From NCBI GenBank assembly GCA_965204375.1, contig OZ241986.1:5152001-5216000 (forward strand): a stretch of DNA of 64,000 bases. The letters are read 5' to 3'. This document shows, piece by piece, positions 32,801-42,664 of the stretch. Source of the DNA: Candidatus Latescibacterota bacterium. GTDB lineage: Bacteria > Latescibacterota > UBA2968. A program made the translations under genes and the position numbers. The first letter of the stretch is position 1, and the number at the start of each line of letters is the position of its first letter. Below the pieces are notes generated by a model. It did not search any database, was not told where the DNA came from, and saw only the letters and a program-made list of their open reading frames with translations.

Positions 32801-35800
32801 ACCCAAAAACCCGGACGCAACCGTATCCATCAACGGCCAGAACACCACCACATTGGACGTGCCATTTACCGGCGACACGATGGACGTCACAGTAACGGTT
32901 ACAGCCGTCGATAACATCACGCAATTGACCTACACCATCACAGTCAACCGTGCGCCATCAGGGCTCCCGCAGGTAACAATCACAGCGAATCCCAAAACCG
33001 TCACCGAAGGCACGAATGCGACATTTACGGTCACAGCAAACCAGCCATCGGTAACCGATCTGACCTTAAACGTGAACGTAACAGAGACCGCCAAAATGCT
33101 CAGCGGCACACCGCCCTCAACAGTCACCATCAGTGCCGGCTACACCACCGCCACACTGATAGTCGCAACGCATGACGACGATGTAGATGAACACGCCAGC
33201 GTGGTCAAAGCGCAAGTGCGAGCCGGAACAGGCTATACAATAGGCGACCCATCCCTGGCGAGCGTACTTGTGCTGGACGACGAAGTGGTGTTATCGACCG
33301 ACGCAACGCTGAACAACCTGACCATCAACCCCGGTACACTGAACCCGACATTCGATCCCGACACATACACTTACACCGCCACAGTGCCGCACGCGACCTC
33401 TACGGTAACAGTCACAGCAATACCCAATCACACAGACGCAACCGTATCTATCAACGGTCAGACCGCGACCACATTGAACGCGCCATTTACCGGCGACACG
33501 ATGGACATCGCGGTAACAGTAACAGCCGAAGACAACACGACCCAAGTGACCTACACCATCACAGTCAACCGCGGTGCCCCATCGATCGACGCAACGCTGG
33601 GCAGCTTGACAATCAACCCCGGCACACTGAACCCAGCATTCGATCCGGCGACATTGGACTACACCGTCTCAGTGGAGAACGGGATCTCGACCATAACGAT
33701 TACAACGACAGCCAATCACCCGGGTGCAACCGTATCCATCAACGGGCAGACCGCGACCACATTGGACGTATCACTTGTCGAAGGCACGAACATCATCACA
33801 GTAGTAGTCACAGCCGAAGACAACAGTACACAATTGACCTACACCATCACAGTCACACGCGAAGCACCGATCCCACAGGTGACAATCTCGGTAAATACCA
33901 CACCCATCACCGAAGGCACGGATGCGACATTTACAATCACGGCGACCCCTGCATCCACAACAGCAATAACCGTGAACGTGAGCGTTACCCAGACGGGTAG
34001 TGTCATCAGCGGCACGCCGCCCTCGACCATCACCATCAACGCCAATGAAACCTCCGCTACTCTTACAGTAGCAACAGATGACGATAACACAGATGAAGAA
34101 GCTGGTGTAATAACCGCGACACTACAAGCTGGAACAGACTACACAGTGGGCGACCCATCCTCGGCGAGCGTCACTGTAAACGACAACGACGCGGCTCCCA
34201 ACAATCCAGCCACGGGTGCCCCAACAATCACTGGTACACCCGAAGTGGGAGAAACACTCACAGCCGATGTCTCTAACATCCGGGATGCCGATGGCCTCGA
34301 AAATGTATCATACATCTATCAGTGGATCCGCGTAATGGGCGGTGTGGAGACTGAGATCCCCAATGCGACAGGTACGACATACGAAGTCGTCACAGCCGAT
34401 ATAGGCCACCAGCTAAAAGTTCGGGTGAACTTCAACGATGATTTGGGCAACACCGAAGAACTGGAAAGCGAATTGATAGCACTCGTCGTTGCACCAGTGG
34501 TCCCACAGATAACCATCTCGGCAAGCACCACAACCATCACTGAAGGCGGGAATGCAACCTTCACCATCACAGCAACTCCTGCACCAACAACCGCGCTGAC
34601 CGTAAATGTGAGTATAACCGAGACGGGTAGTGTCATCAGCGGCACACCGCCCTTGACCATCACCATCAACGCCAATGAAACCTCCATCACACTGACCGTA
34701 GCCACAGATGACGACAATGTAGATGAAGAAAATAGCGTCATAAGCGCAACACTACAGGCTGGAACAGGCTACACAGCAGGCACACCATCCTCGGCGAGCG
34801 TCAACGTCAACGACAACGACCTGCCCCCGAACTCGCCAGCCACAGGCGTCCCAACAATCACCGGCACACCGCAAGTAGGTCAAACACTAACCGCGGACGT
34901 CTCGAACATCCAGGATGCCAATGGCCTCACCAATGTATCGTACACCTATCAGTGGATCCGTCTGGTAGGCAGTGTGGAAACCGAAATCATCGGCGCCACG
35001 GGTGTGACATACGAAGTCACAATAACCGACACAGAGCGCCAGCTAAAAGTTCGGGTGAATTTCACCGACGATTTGGGCTATGCCGAAGAATTGGAAAGCG
35101 CGTGGACAGCAGTTATTACACCAGAGGAACCTCGCGTGGTAAAATTAGACGGATGGCTGGCGCGATTTGGGCGAACAGCATCGAATCATGTCGTCGAAAC
35201 AGTGCGCGAACGCGTTAGAGGGCATGTGGGCACCAACCATGTGGTGATCGGCGGGTACAACCTCCATGAGATGAATTATCGCGGACTATTTTTTAACCCG
35301 ACATTGATGCCGGGCGATTCCCCAATGAGATTTAGCATTGAAGCCGCACAGAGTGCGCACGACAAAGAGATATTGAAGCAAATAATATCGAGTACATCAT
35401 TTGCCCTGTCTGGCAAAATGGGACCGTACAGCGAACCTCGATGGGCCGTGTGGGGCCGGGGCGCAACAACGCGCTTTAGCGGCACCGACGACGATCAGAC
35501 AGTAGAAGGCGACGTAACATCGGTCATGCTGGGTATTGACTATGGAGATAATTGTTTCCAGGGCGGACTTGTCCTGTCCTACACCATGGGCGATGGCATA
35601 CTGGGCACCATCGCCAATACCCGCGACGAATGGTCAGTAGAGACAACGCTGACGGGTATTTACCCCTGGGCGCGCCTCGCATTGACAAACAAATCCTCCG
35701 TATGGGGAATGCTGGGCTATGGCGGAGGCAACCTGCCCTTATCGCTCGAAGGCATCGAGAAATTAGAGACAGACGCCAATATGGTAATGGGAGCAATTGG

Positions 35801-36599
35801 TACCCGCACCGATTTAATCGGATCGACCTATCATGACGGTTTTTCATTATCACTAACATCAGATGCCGTGCTATCGCGTGCGAATGCGGATGATCTGGCG
35901 GATTTGTTGGAAAACAAGGGCACCGCGAGCCGCGTACGCGTATTATTAGAGGGATCACACGTACTCTGGGTCTCTGGGGGATCACTGCAACCATTGGTTG
36001 AACTGGGCATGCGGTATGACGGCGGCGATGCAGATACCGGCATGGGAATAGAATTCGGAGCCGGGATGCGCTATGTACTGGCCTCAATGGGTCTGATGAT
36101 AGAGGGACGGGTACGCGGCCTGATCGCACACCAGGAAGGCAGTTATGAAGAATGGGGTGGATCGGGCACAATCCGCCTGTCTCCAAATCCATCAGGCGAG
36201 GGACTATCGCTTCGGGTATCGCCAACATGGGGCGAAGCATCTGGCAGCGCGCGTGCCCTGTGGTCGAGGCCCGACATGAGCGACATCGCATCTGGTCGCA
36301 ACTCGGAAGTCTTCTCATCTAATCGCGTATCCGCCGAAGTGGCATACGGGGTGCCGGTAGGCGATAAATTAGTTGCAACGCCATTTGTCGGACTACAAGA
36401 CAGGCACAAACGACTCGGCGTCGGCTTGCACAGAGGTTCGTTGTTCGGCCTTGCGGTCGAGGGCATGCAACACAACCAGGATCTTGCCCTGCGGGTTCGT
36501 GCGGGCATGCACACGCAACACATCATCCTCCGCCTTGAAGGCAGCCTCGATACATACGGTCACCACGCCTATTTCAGACTACACCGCGATATGAAGTGA
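29889..36599 (+). CDS. Large secreted adhesin/autotransporter: Pro-rich linkers, Calx-beta-like and cadherin-like repeats, C-terminal beta-barrel
   Basis: Signal peptide; (PPPQ)n; repeated ITEGT.ATFTITA...TDDDN.DE..VNDND; DATL..LTINPG.L.P.F; WLARFGRT followed by a barrel-like C-terminus. Confidence 0.85.
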   Translation: MIRSHSRPVFLAVLIAALYLLTAALSAVPAQAGDCATVQAFPCGEEECGATVFINENNVRMIPANVNWLQATPAGNIFDKGTTVTLKILSSAPSNAHIFFQGNNCTGVGIVVTPPQGTPPPQDPPPQDPPPQDPPPQPPPQPPPQPPPQPPPQPPPPTPSVTITANPTTITEGTSATFTITANPAPANTITVNVNVSQNGTFISGSTGTHTVIIGTSGTATLIANTVNDNTDEPNGSITAQVQGGTGYTVGSPSSATVNVNDNDVSGGGSQPPIVTPPPQQPQPPPPPPPTPSATITVGTSPITEGTDATFTITASPAPSATITVRVNVTQTGSVLSGTPPSTVTIGTSGTATLTVATDDDNTDEPNGSITAQVQSGTGYTAGTPSSATVNVNDNDIPKVTITANTSPVTEGTDATFTITANPAPTTSLNMMVDVSQTGNFISGSPGMRLVTINANNTTATLTVETDNDNTDEPNGSITAQVQSGTGYTVGSPSSAPVTVNDNDIPQMTITANPTTITEGTAATFTITANPRPATAITVNVSVTQTGKVFRGTPPSTVTFRANQTTATLTVATDDDNVDEIASQVTAQVQAGTGYTVGSPSSATVTVNDNDIPQMTITANRASVTEGTAATFTITANPRPATAITVNVSVTQTGDILSGTPPSTITISTKNTTLTVATDDDDVRESDGTVMAQITTGVGYTVGTPSSASVTVNDNDTPPNSPATGAPIIIGKPELGETLKADVSNIRDANGLTNVSYAYQWIRVIGSMETEISGATGSTYKVVIADSGYRLKVRVNFNDDLGYPEELESALTAMVVIPGVTPVITITADPPGVTEGEAATFTITATPAPTITLTVNVNVTETAKMLSGTPPSTVTISTGQTTLTVATDDDKKDERASVVTAQVRTGAGYVVGTPSSSRVLVLDNDLPPTIDATLSSLTINPGVMTPTFAPETLSYTSLVPNATSMVTATATPKNPDATVSINGQNTTTLDVPFTGDTMDVTVTVTAVDNITQLTYTITVNRAPSGLPQVTITANPKTVTEGTNATFTVTANQPSVTDLTLNVNVTETAKMLSGTPPSTVTISAGYTTATLIVATHDDDVDEHASVVKAQVRAGTGYTIGDPSLASVLVLDDEVVLSTDATLNNLTINPGTLNPTFDPDTYTYTATVPHATSTVTVTAIPNHTDATVSINGQTATTLNAPFTGDTMDIAVTVTAEDNTTQVTYTITVNRGAPSIDATLGSLTINPGTLNPAFDPATLDYTVSVENGISTITITTTANHPGATVSINGQTATTLDVSLVEGTNIITVVVTAEDNSTQLTYTITVTREAPIPQVTISVNTTPITEGTDATFTITATPASTTAITVNVSVTQTGSVISGTPPSTITINANETSATLTVATDDDNTDEEAGVITATLQAGTDYTVGDPSSASVTVNDNDAAPNNPATGAPTITGTPEVGETLTADVSNIRDADGLENVSYIYQWIRVMGGVETEIPNATGTTYEVVTADIGHQLKVRVNFNDDLGNTEELESELIALVVAPVVPQITISASTTTITEGGNATFTITATPAPTTALTVNVSITETGSVISGTPPLTITINANETSITLTVATDDDNVDEENSVISATLQAGTGYTAGTPSSASVNVNDNDLPPNSPATGVPTITGTPQVGQTLTADVSNIQDANGLTNVSYTYQWIRLVGSVETEIIGATGVTYEVTITDTERQLKVRVNFTDDLGYAEELESAWTAVITPEEPRVVKLDGWLARFGRTASNHVVETVRERVRGHVGTNHVVIGGYNLHEMNYRGLFFNPTLMPGDSPMRFSIEAAQSAHDKEILKQIISSTSFALSGKMGPYSEPRWAVWGRGATTRFSGTDDDQTVEGDVTSVMLGIDYGDNCFQGGLVLSYTMGDGILGTIANTRDEWSVETTLTGIYPWARLALTNKSSVWGMLGYGGGNLPLSLEGIEKLETDANMVMGAIGTRTDLIGSTYHDGFSLSLTSDAVLSRANADDLADLLENKGTASRVRVLLEGSHVLWVSGGSLQPLVELGMRYDGGDADTGMGIEFGAGMRYVLASMGLMIEGRVRGLIAHQEGSYEEWGGSGTIRLSPNPSGEGLSLRVSPTWGEASGSARALWSRPDMSDIASGRNSEVFSSNRVSAEVAYGVPVGDKLVATPFVGLQDRHKRLGVGLHRGSLFGLAVEGMQHNQDLALRVRAGMHTQHIILRLEGSLDTYGHHAYFRLHRDMK

Positions 36600-36711
36600 G
36601 AAGTGAGAAGGTAGAAGTTAGAAGACCCCGCTCCACCACCCTAAAGCTGCTGCCTCATCCTACTTCCTCCTTCACACTTCCTCCTTCACACTTCACACTT
36701 CACACTTCCTC
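36593..36711 (+). repeat. Dispersed heptamer-armed hairpin element, copy 1
   Basis: (GAAGTGA)n - GAAGACCCCGC..CCACCCTAAAGCTG core - (CACTTCA/TCCTTCA)n. Confidence 0.75.
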
Positions 36712-36714
36712 AAC

Positions 36715-37707
36715 ATGACCCTCAAAACCCTGAACCACATCCTCTCCAAATTCCAAAACCTCGCCATCCTTGTCATCGGCGACTACTTCCTCGACCGCTA
36801 TCTCATCACGGACCCCGACCTCGTCGAAACATCCATCGAAACTGGCCTTGAAGCCCACCAAATAGTCGCCATTCGCAACCAGCCCGGCGCAGCCGGCACC
36901 ATCACCTCCAACCTCTGTGCTCTCGGCATTGGACACATCTATGCCCTGGGCATAATCGGTCGCGACGGTCAGGGCTATGACCTCAAACAGGGATTGCGCG
37001 CCACGGGTGTAGATATCACCCACCTCATCGAAACGTCCGACCGCTTTACCCCGACTTATACCAAACCCATGAACAAAAAAACAGGCGCTGAAATGGAACG
37101 CCTGGATATAAAAAATCGAACGCCACTACCCCTCGACCTCGAAAATCAACTCATCAAAACCCTGCACCATCTCTTCCCCAAAGTAGATGGCGTCATAGCC
37201 CTCGACCAGGTGCAAGAATCCAACTGCGGTGTACTCACAGATCGCGTCGTCGCCGAACTCGCAAAACTCGCCAAAACGCATCCCAACACCGTCTGCTTCG
37301 CCGACTCTCGCACCCGCATCACCAACTTCAAAAATGTCATCCTCAAATCCAACCGCGACGAAGCCATTCACGCAGAACGCGACCTCAACCAGTGTGCCCG
37401 CATCTTTTCCCAGCGCACCGGCAAACCCGTCTTCATCACCCTTGGACCCGACGGCATTCTCGTTGCCAACAACGAAAACCTCACGCATATTCCCGGTATA
37501 AAAATTCCGCCTCCCATCGACATTGTGGGCGCAGGCGACAGCGTCTCGGCATCTGTGGTCTCCGCCCTTTGTGCCGGCGCATCACTATCCGACGCCGCTC
37601 AAATAGGCGTATTGGCCTCATCCATCACCATACAACAAATTGGCACAACCGGCACAGCCTCACCCGAACAGATCGCAAAGCGATTTCGAGAAACCCAAAC
37701 GTCTTAA
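36715..37707 (+). CDS. PfkB-family carbohydrate kinase (RfaE/HldA-like)
   Basis: LVIGDYFLDRY, PGAAG, DIVGAGDS. Confidence 0.85.
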   Translation: MTLKTLNHILSKFQNLAILVIGDYFLDRYLITDPDLVETSIETGLEAHQIVAIRNQPGAAGTITSNLCALGIGHIYALGIIGRDGQGYDLKQGLRATGVDITHLIETSDRFTPTYTKPMNKKTGAEMERLDIKNRTPLPLDLENQLIKTLHHLFPKVDGVIALDQVQESNCGVLTDRVVAELAKLAKTHPNTVCFADSRTRITNFKNVILKSNRDEAIHAERDLNQCARIFSQRTGKPVFITLGPDGILVANNENLTHIPGIKIPPPIDIVGAGDSVSASVVSALCAGASLSDAAQIGVLASSITIQQIGTTGTASPEQIAKRFRETQTS

Positions 37708-37718
37708 AAGGAATTCCC

Positions 37719-39002
37719 ATGTCTGACAAACCCAACTTCATTGTATTCATGAGTGACGATCACGGGCACCGCGACCTCTCTTGCATGGGCGCGACCGACT
37801 TCCAAACCCCCAACTTTGACCGCATAGCCTCTCGGGGTGCCAAACTCACCCGCTGGTATTCCAATGCCCCGATCTGCTCGGCCGGGCGCTGCGGCATACT
37901 CACCGGGCGCTATCCCATTGCCGCGGGCATTCCCGGCAACGTAGGCGTAACTGCCGATGGCCTATCGCCGGACCTGCCCACCATACCCAAAGCACTCAAA
38001 AAACTGGGCTATCAAACCTGCATGTCGGGCAAATGGCACCTGGGCAATCGCGAGCCCTTCTTGCCGCACAACCACGGCTTTGACCACTGGTTTGGCTTCA
38101 CCAACGGCTGCATCGACTACTACTCGCACATCTTCTACTGGGCACTATCTTCGAAAAACCAGGCGCGGCACGACCTCTGGGAAGACGGCAGAGAAGTGTA
38201 TCGCAACGGCACCTACTTCGTCGATCTCATGCGCGACAAAGCCATTGAATACATCCAAAAAGCCAAAAACGATGGACGACCGTTCTTCATGTATGTCCCC
38301 TTCAACACCCCGCACTATCCCCTGCACGCGCCAGAAGAATACATGGAACGCTTTGCCCACTTGCCCCGCTCGCGACAACTCATGACCGCCATGCTCACCG
38401 TCATGGACGACGCCATCGGCAAAATCCTCGACGAACTCGAGCGCTTAGACCTCTTTGACAACACCTGTATCTTTTTTCAACCCGATCACGGCCCCTCGCG
38501 CGAACCGCGCAACTGGACCGACGGCACAGACCTCCCCTATCCCGGCGGTGACACAGGTGGCCTGCGCGGACACAAAGGCACCCTCTGGGAAGGCGGTATC
38601 CGCGTCCCCACCCTCATGAGCTGGCCCGCGCGCGTACAGGGCGGAAAAACCATCGACGAAATCGGCATCGGCATGGACATTTTCCCCACCATCCTCACTG
38701 CCGCAGGAGGCGACCCCGAACAATACGAGCTCGACGGCACGGACATTCTCCCAATGATCGCCGACAACGCCCCCTCACCGCACGGCGACCTCTTCTGGAC
38801 ACAAGGACCCAGAGGCAACACCCGTGCAATACAACGCGACCGCTACAAACTCCTCCTCGACCAAAACGAAATACACCTCACCAACCTCAACACCGATCCC
38901 AACGAAACCACCAACATCGCGGGCGACGAACCCGACCTGACCAACGACCTCCTCACCCGCCTCAACGAATGGCATGCCTTGGAAGTGAGAAGTAAGAAGT
39001 GA
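37719..39002 (+). CDS. Sulfatase (formylglycine-dependent family)
   Basis: PNFIVFMSDD, CSAGR..ILTGRY, GKWHLG, GHKGTLWEGGIRVP. Start at ATG 37719. Confidence 0.9.
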   Translation: MSDKPNFIVFMSDDHGHRDLSCMGATDFQTPNFDRIASRGAKLTRWYSNAPICSAGRCGILTGRYPIAAGIPGNVGVTADGLSPDLPTIPKALKKLGYQTCMSGKWHLGNREPFLPHNHGFDHWFGFTNGCIDYYSHIFYWALSSKNQARHDLWEDGREVYRNGTYFVDLMRDKAIEYIQKAKNDGRPFFMYVPFNTPHYPLHAPEEYMERFAHLPRSRQLMTAMLTVMDDAIGKILDELERLDLFDNTCIFFQPDHGPSREPRNWTDGTDLPYPGGDTGGLRGHKGTLWEGGIRVPTLMSWPARVQGGKTIDEIGIGMDIFPTILTAAGGDPEQYELDGTDILPMIADNAPSPHGDLFWTQGPRGNTRAIQRDRYKLLLDQNEIHLTNLNTDPNETTNIAGDEPDLTNDLLTRLNEWHALEVRSKK

Positions 39003-39073
39003 GAAGTAAGAAGACCCGCCCCAACCACCCAAAGGCTGGCACTTCACACTTCCTCCTTCACACTTCACACTTC
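38982..39073 (+). repeat. Dispersed heptamer-armed hairpin element, copy 2
   Basis: (GAAGTGA/GAAGTAA)n - GAAGACCCGCCCCAACCACCCAAAGGCTGG - (CACTTCA)n. Confidence 0.75.
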
Positions 39074-39831
39074 TACCCTCTCCCACCCTTCACACTCCAA
39101 ACCGAACCCGTCGTATAAGTATTGCGCTCAGAACACAAAAACTCAATCACCTCGGCCACCTCCTCCGGATCCGAATACCGCCCCATCGGCTGACCCGGAG
39201 GACTGGCAACATACTCGGGCGAAAATCTCGGTACCACCATATCCGTCAACGCGCGCCCTGGTTCCACGCCATTGACAAACACACCCTGTTTGCAATACGC
39301 ATTGCCCAGCGCGCCGATAAATGAATACACAGCGCCCTTCGACACCGAATACGGCACCTGATTCGGACTGCCATTGCGCGCACCCGAAGTAATCGTCACA
39401 CAGCGCCCCCAACCCCCTGCGAGCATATAGGGAATTGCAGCCTGGTGAAAATGATAAACCCCGTACACATTGATACGCATCACTTTATCAAACTGCGCCA
39501 CGGGTTGCTCAAAAAACGGCTTCTCCCATCCCAAAATACCCGCACAACACACCAGAATATCCAGCCTTCCAAAACGCGCAACCGCTTGTGCCACACATGC
39601 CTGGACAGCGGACTCTTCTGTCACATCAGTCGCCACAAACATCGCCTCCTGTCCCAAAGCCTCAATCTTTTCAACCATCTCCGTCCCCTCTTTTGCCAGA
39701 ACATCGGCAATAACAATATCCCGTCCCTCCTCTGCAATCCGAACCGCCGTTGCTCCACCAATACCCCGCGCACCCCCCGTAACAAGCGCAACCCGCCGTT
39801 CCTTCTCTGCTGCAAAACGCAAATTCGACAT
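39073..39831 (-). CDS. Short-chain dehydrogenase/reductase
   Basis: TGGARGIG, YSVSK (YxxxK), VNGVEPG. Confidence 0.9.
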   Translation of the reverse strand: MSNLRFAAEKERRVALVTGGARGIGGATAVRIAEEGRDIVIADVLAKEGTEMVEKIEALGQEAMFVATDVTEESAVQACVAQAVARFGRLDILVCCAGILGWEKPFFEQPVAQFDKVMRINVYGVYHFHQAAIPYMLAGGWGRCVTITSGARNGSPNQVPYSVSKGAVYSFIGALGNAYCKQGVFVNGVEPGRALTDMVVPRFSPEYVASPPGQPMGRYSDPEEVAEVIEFLCSERNTYTTGSVWSVKGGRG

Positions 39832-39926
39832 CTCACCCTCCTCATATTCTATTGCCCATTGTCGTCTCATCGCGTAATATAACTCAAGTAACGCTCAATT
39901 CCATACCTGAATACAAGGAGTCAAAT

Positions 39927-41054
39927 ATGAAAATCGACCAGGTCGAACACTTCCTGCTCGGCAACAGCTATGTCGTCCGCCTCACCACCGATACCGGCAT
40001 CTCCGGCATTGGCACCTCTGCCTGCTGGGGCTATCCCAAAGCGATTCAAGCCATCGCCAAAGTCTTCAAAGAATACCTTATCGGACAAAACCCCATGCGC
40101 ATTGAGCACCACTGGCAGCACCTCTACCGCATGGCACCCTTTCGCGGCACCGCGCTCTGCGGCGCAGTCAGCGCAATGGACATCGCCCTATACGACATCA
40201 AAGGCAAACACTTTCAGGTCCCGGTCTGGGAACTCCTCGGCGGCAACTGCCGCGACAAAATTCGCCTGCACCTGCTCGCGGGCGGCCCCACACCCGAACA
40301 AATGTATAAAAACGCAAAAGCCGCCGTTGCCGAAGGCTTCACCGCGATCAAATTTGATCCCATCACAGGCGGGTACCAGAACCAGGCGCAATCGCGCATC
40401 ATACAAAACGCCGTCGAAATTGTCGCCGCTGCCCGCGAAGCCGCAGGTCCCGATGTGGATCTCATCGTGGAAGTCCACCGCAAACTCACTCCAATGGTCG
40501 CCGTAGCTCTGGGCGAAGCCCTCATCCCCTATCACCTCTACTTCATGGAAGACCCCATCCAGATAGACACCATCACCACCCAGGCAGAAATCGCCAAACG
40601 CATCCCCGTACCCCTGGGCAATGGTGAACGCTTCACCTCAATATGGGAATTCCGCGAACTCCTCGAACACGGCGGTCCCCAGTACGTGCGTCCAGACATA
40701 GCGCTGGCAGGCGGCCTGACCCACTGCAAAAAAATTGCCGCCATCGCCGAATCCTATCACTGCGCGGTCGTCACCCACAACTTTCTCAGTCCCCTGGGCA
40801 CAGCCGCATCCCTTCACCTCGACGCCAGCATCCCCAACTTCATCACACAGGAATACTCCAAAAACGACGAAGCCGAACACAACGCCGTGTACAAATGCGC
40901 CCACAAACGCGAAGGCGGCTATATCCCTCTTCCCGAAGCCCCTGGCCTTGGCGTTGAACTCGACGACGCCAAAATACCCGATACGCCCTTTGCCCCCTTG
41001 ACCAAAGTCAGTACACCGAGACGAGAGGACGGATCAATCGCGTATGCGGTGTGA
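39927..41054 (+). CDS. Mandelate racemase/enolase-superfamily dehydratase (DgoD-like)
   Basis: DIALYDIKGK, AIKFD, VEVH, FMEDP, NGER, HN. Confidence 0.88.
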   Translation: MKIDQVEHFLLGNSYVVRLTTDTGISGIGTSACWGYPKAIQAIAKVFKEYLIGQNPMRIEHHWQHLYRMAPFRGTALCGAVSAMDIALYDIKGKHFQVPVWELLGGNCRDKIRLHLLAGGPTPEQMYKNAKAAVAEGFTAIKFDPITGGYQNQAQSRIIQNAVEIVAAAREAAGPDVDLIVEVHRKLTPMVAVALGEALIPYHLYFMEDPIQIDTITTQAEIAKRIPVPLGNGERFTSIWEFRELLEHGGPQYVRPDIALAGGLTHCKKIAAIAESYHCAVVTHNFLSPLGTAASLHLDASIPNFITQEYSKNDEAEHNAVYKCAHKREGGYIPLPEAPGLGVELDDAKIPDTPFAPLTKVSTPRREDGSIAYAV

Positions 41055-42222
41055 AACAAATTACAAAACCGCCATTCTCAATGCGGTATCAAACCCCGAA
41101 ACCTTTCTCAGGCTTACCCTGAGTCATCCGCGGCGCGGCATAATCTGGAACAAAATCGCTGTCCGCATGGTCCAGATCAAAAACGCGCCGCATCTCCAGA
41201 TCGCGCGATACAGCCGCACGCAAGACATCACGGAAAACATACCGCTAACCGACGCGAACACCGCGCTCGACGAACTCCTCGCCTTGCCCTTCGCACAAAT
41301 CCACGTACAAAATAGTCACGAAGACCTGCACATTCGCATCACCAAAAAAGGCCGCGCACTATGCAAACGCGCAAAACCCTCGCGTCCAGATGCCCAACCC
41401 GCACTATCGCACAACCGCGTCAAACACCACCCCCTGTCCGACAACCGTCCCGACGCCTTCCTGCAGGGTCTCGGCATCATGGACCATAACGGGCGCGTGC
41501 GCGCCTCCATGCGCGACAAATTCAAACAGATCAACGCCTTTCTCCACCACTTACAACCCGTCATACCAGCATCGAAACGCCCCCTCACCCTCATAGACTG
41601 CGGCTGCGGCAACGCGTATCTCACATTCGCAGCGTATCACTACCTGAACAACATCTATAACATCCCCGTGCGACTCATCGGCATTGACCACAACCCATCT
41701 CTCATCGCCAAATGTCGCAACCTCGCCAATGACCTCGGCTGGACAAACCTCGCCTTTCGCGAAACCAGCATCGCCGACTTCACGCCCCAAACACCGCCCG
41801 ACATCGTCTTTAGCCTGCACGCCTGCGACACAGCAACCGACGACGCCATTGCCCGCGCCGTACAGTGGAACAGCCCCGTCATCCTCGCAGCCCCCTGCTG
41901 CCAGCATGAACTGCGCCCACAACTCGACGCATCTGTCTTCGCACCCGTAATGGCGCACGGCATCCTCAAAGGGCGCACCGCTGACATCCTCACCGACGCC
42001 TGCCGCGCACAACTCCTGAGAATATTGGGCTATCGCACCGAACTCATAGAATTTATCGACTCCAAACACACGCCCAAAAATATCCTCATCCGCGCAAAAA
42101 AAACCTCCCAAACAAGTGATCCAACCCTCGTTCAGGAGTATTGCGCCATGCGCGACTTCTGGCACATCACCCCCAGCCTCGAACGCCTGCTCGCCCGCGA
42201 ACTCGCGCTTTTTTTATCCTGA
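41044..42222 (+). CDS. SAM-dependent methyltransferase (Methyltransf_32-like)
   Basis: DCGCGNAYLTF, SLHACDTATD, APCC, HTPKN. Confidence 0.88.
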   Translation: MRCETNYKTAILNAVSNPETFLRLTLSHPRRGIIWNKIAVRMVQIKNAPHLQIARYSRTQDITENIPLTDANTALDELLALPFAQIHVQNSHEDLHIRITKKGRALCKRAKPSRPDAQPALSHNRVKHHPLSDNRPDAFLQGLGIMDHNGRVRASMRDKFKQINAFLHHLQPVIPASKRPLTLIDCGCGNAYLTFAAYHYLNNIYNIPVRLIGIDHNPSLIAKCRNLANDLGWTNLAFRETSIADFTPQTPPDIVFSLHACDTATDDAIARAVQWNSPVILAAPCCQHELRPQLDASVFAPVMAHGILKGRTADILTDACRAQLLRILGYRTELIEFIDSKHTPKNILIRAKKTSQTSDPTLVQEYCAMRDFWHITPSLERLLARELALFLS

Positions 42223-42273
42223 CTCATCTTTCAAGTATAAAGGGCTTGTCGAACTGATACAGGAGAAGAAAAC

Positions 42274-42639
42274 ATGCAATCTATTTATGTAAAAGTCCCT
42301 GAAGATATTGTGCAGAATGTCGTGCAGCAGATGTACGATGATGGATATGTTTACGATAGTAAAAATGATTCTCAGTTTTTGAGTGACAGAGATCCTTTAA
42401 TTGTAAAAATGTTGGATGGAGAATATAGGGAAGTAACTGTTGCACATTTACAAGAGGTTTTGGATGGATTGATCGAAATTCAATTGGCTCAGTCATTTAG
42501 AGAGTATCAAGAACAAAATGTGACATTGCCCATGTGGATGTACAGGAGATTTTTTCGAAAGAACATGTTTGGAGTGGGTTGGGGGTTATTTATGATGGCG
42601 ATGGGTATTGCAATAGGTTATTTATTTTCTTTGGCGTAA
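42274..42639 (+). CDS. Hypothetical AT-rich protein with a C-terminal TM helix
   Basis: AGGAG RBS; hydrophobic tail FGVGWGLFMMAMGIAIGYLF. Confidence 0.6.
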   Translation: MQSIYVKVPEDIVQNVVQQMYDDGYVYDSKNDSQFLSDRDPLIVKMLDGEYREVTVAHLQEVLDGLIEIQLAQSFREYQEQNVTLPMWMYRRFFRKNMFGVGWGLFMMAMGIAIGYLFSLA

Positions 42640-42664
42640 ACAGAGTAAAGAGGAGAGAGAATTC

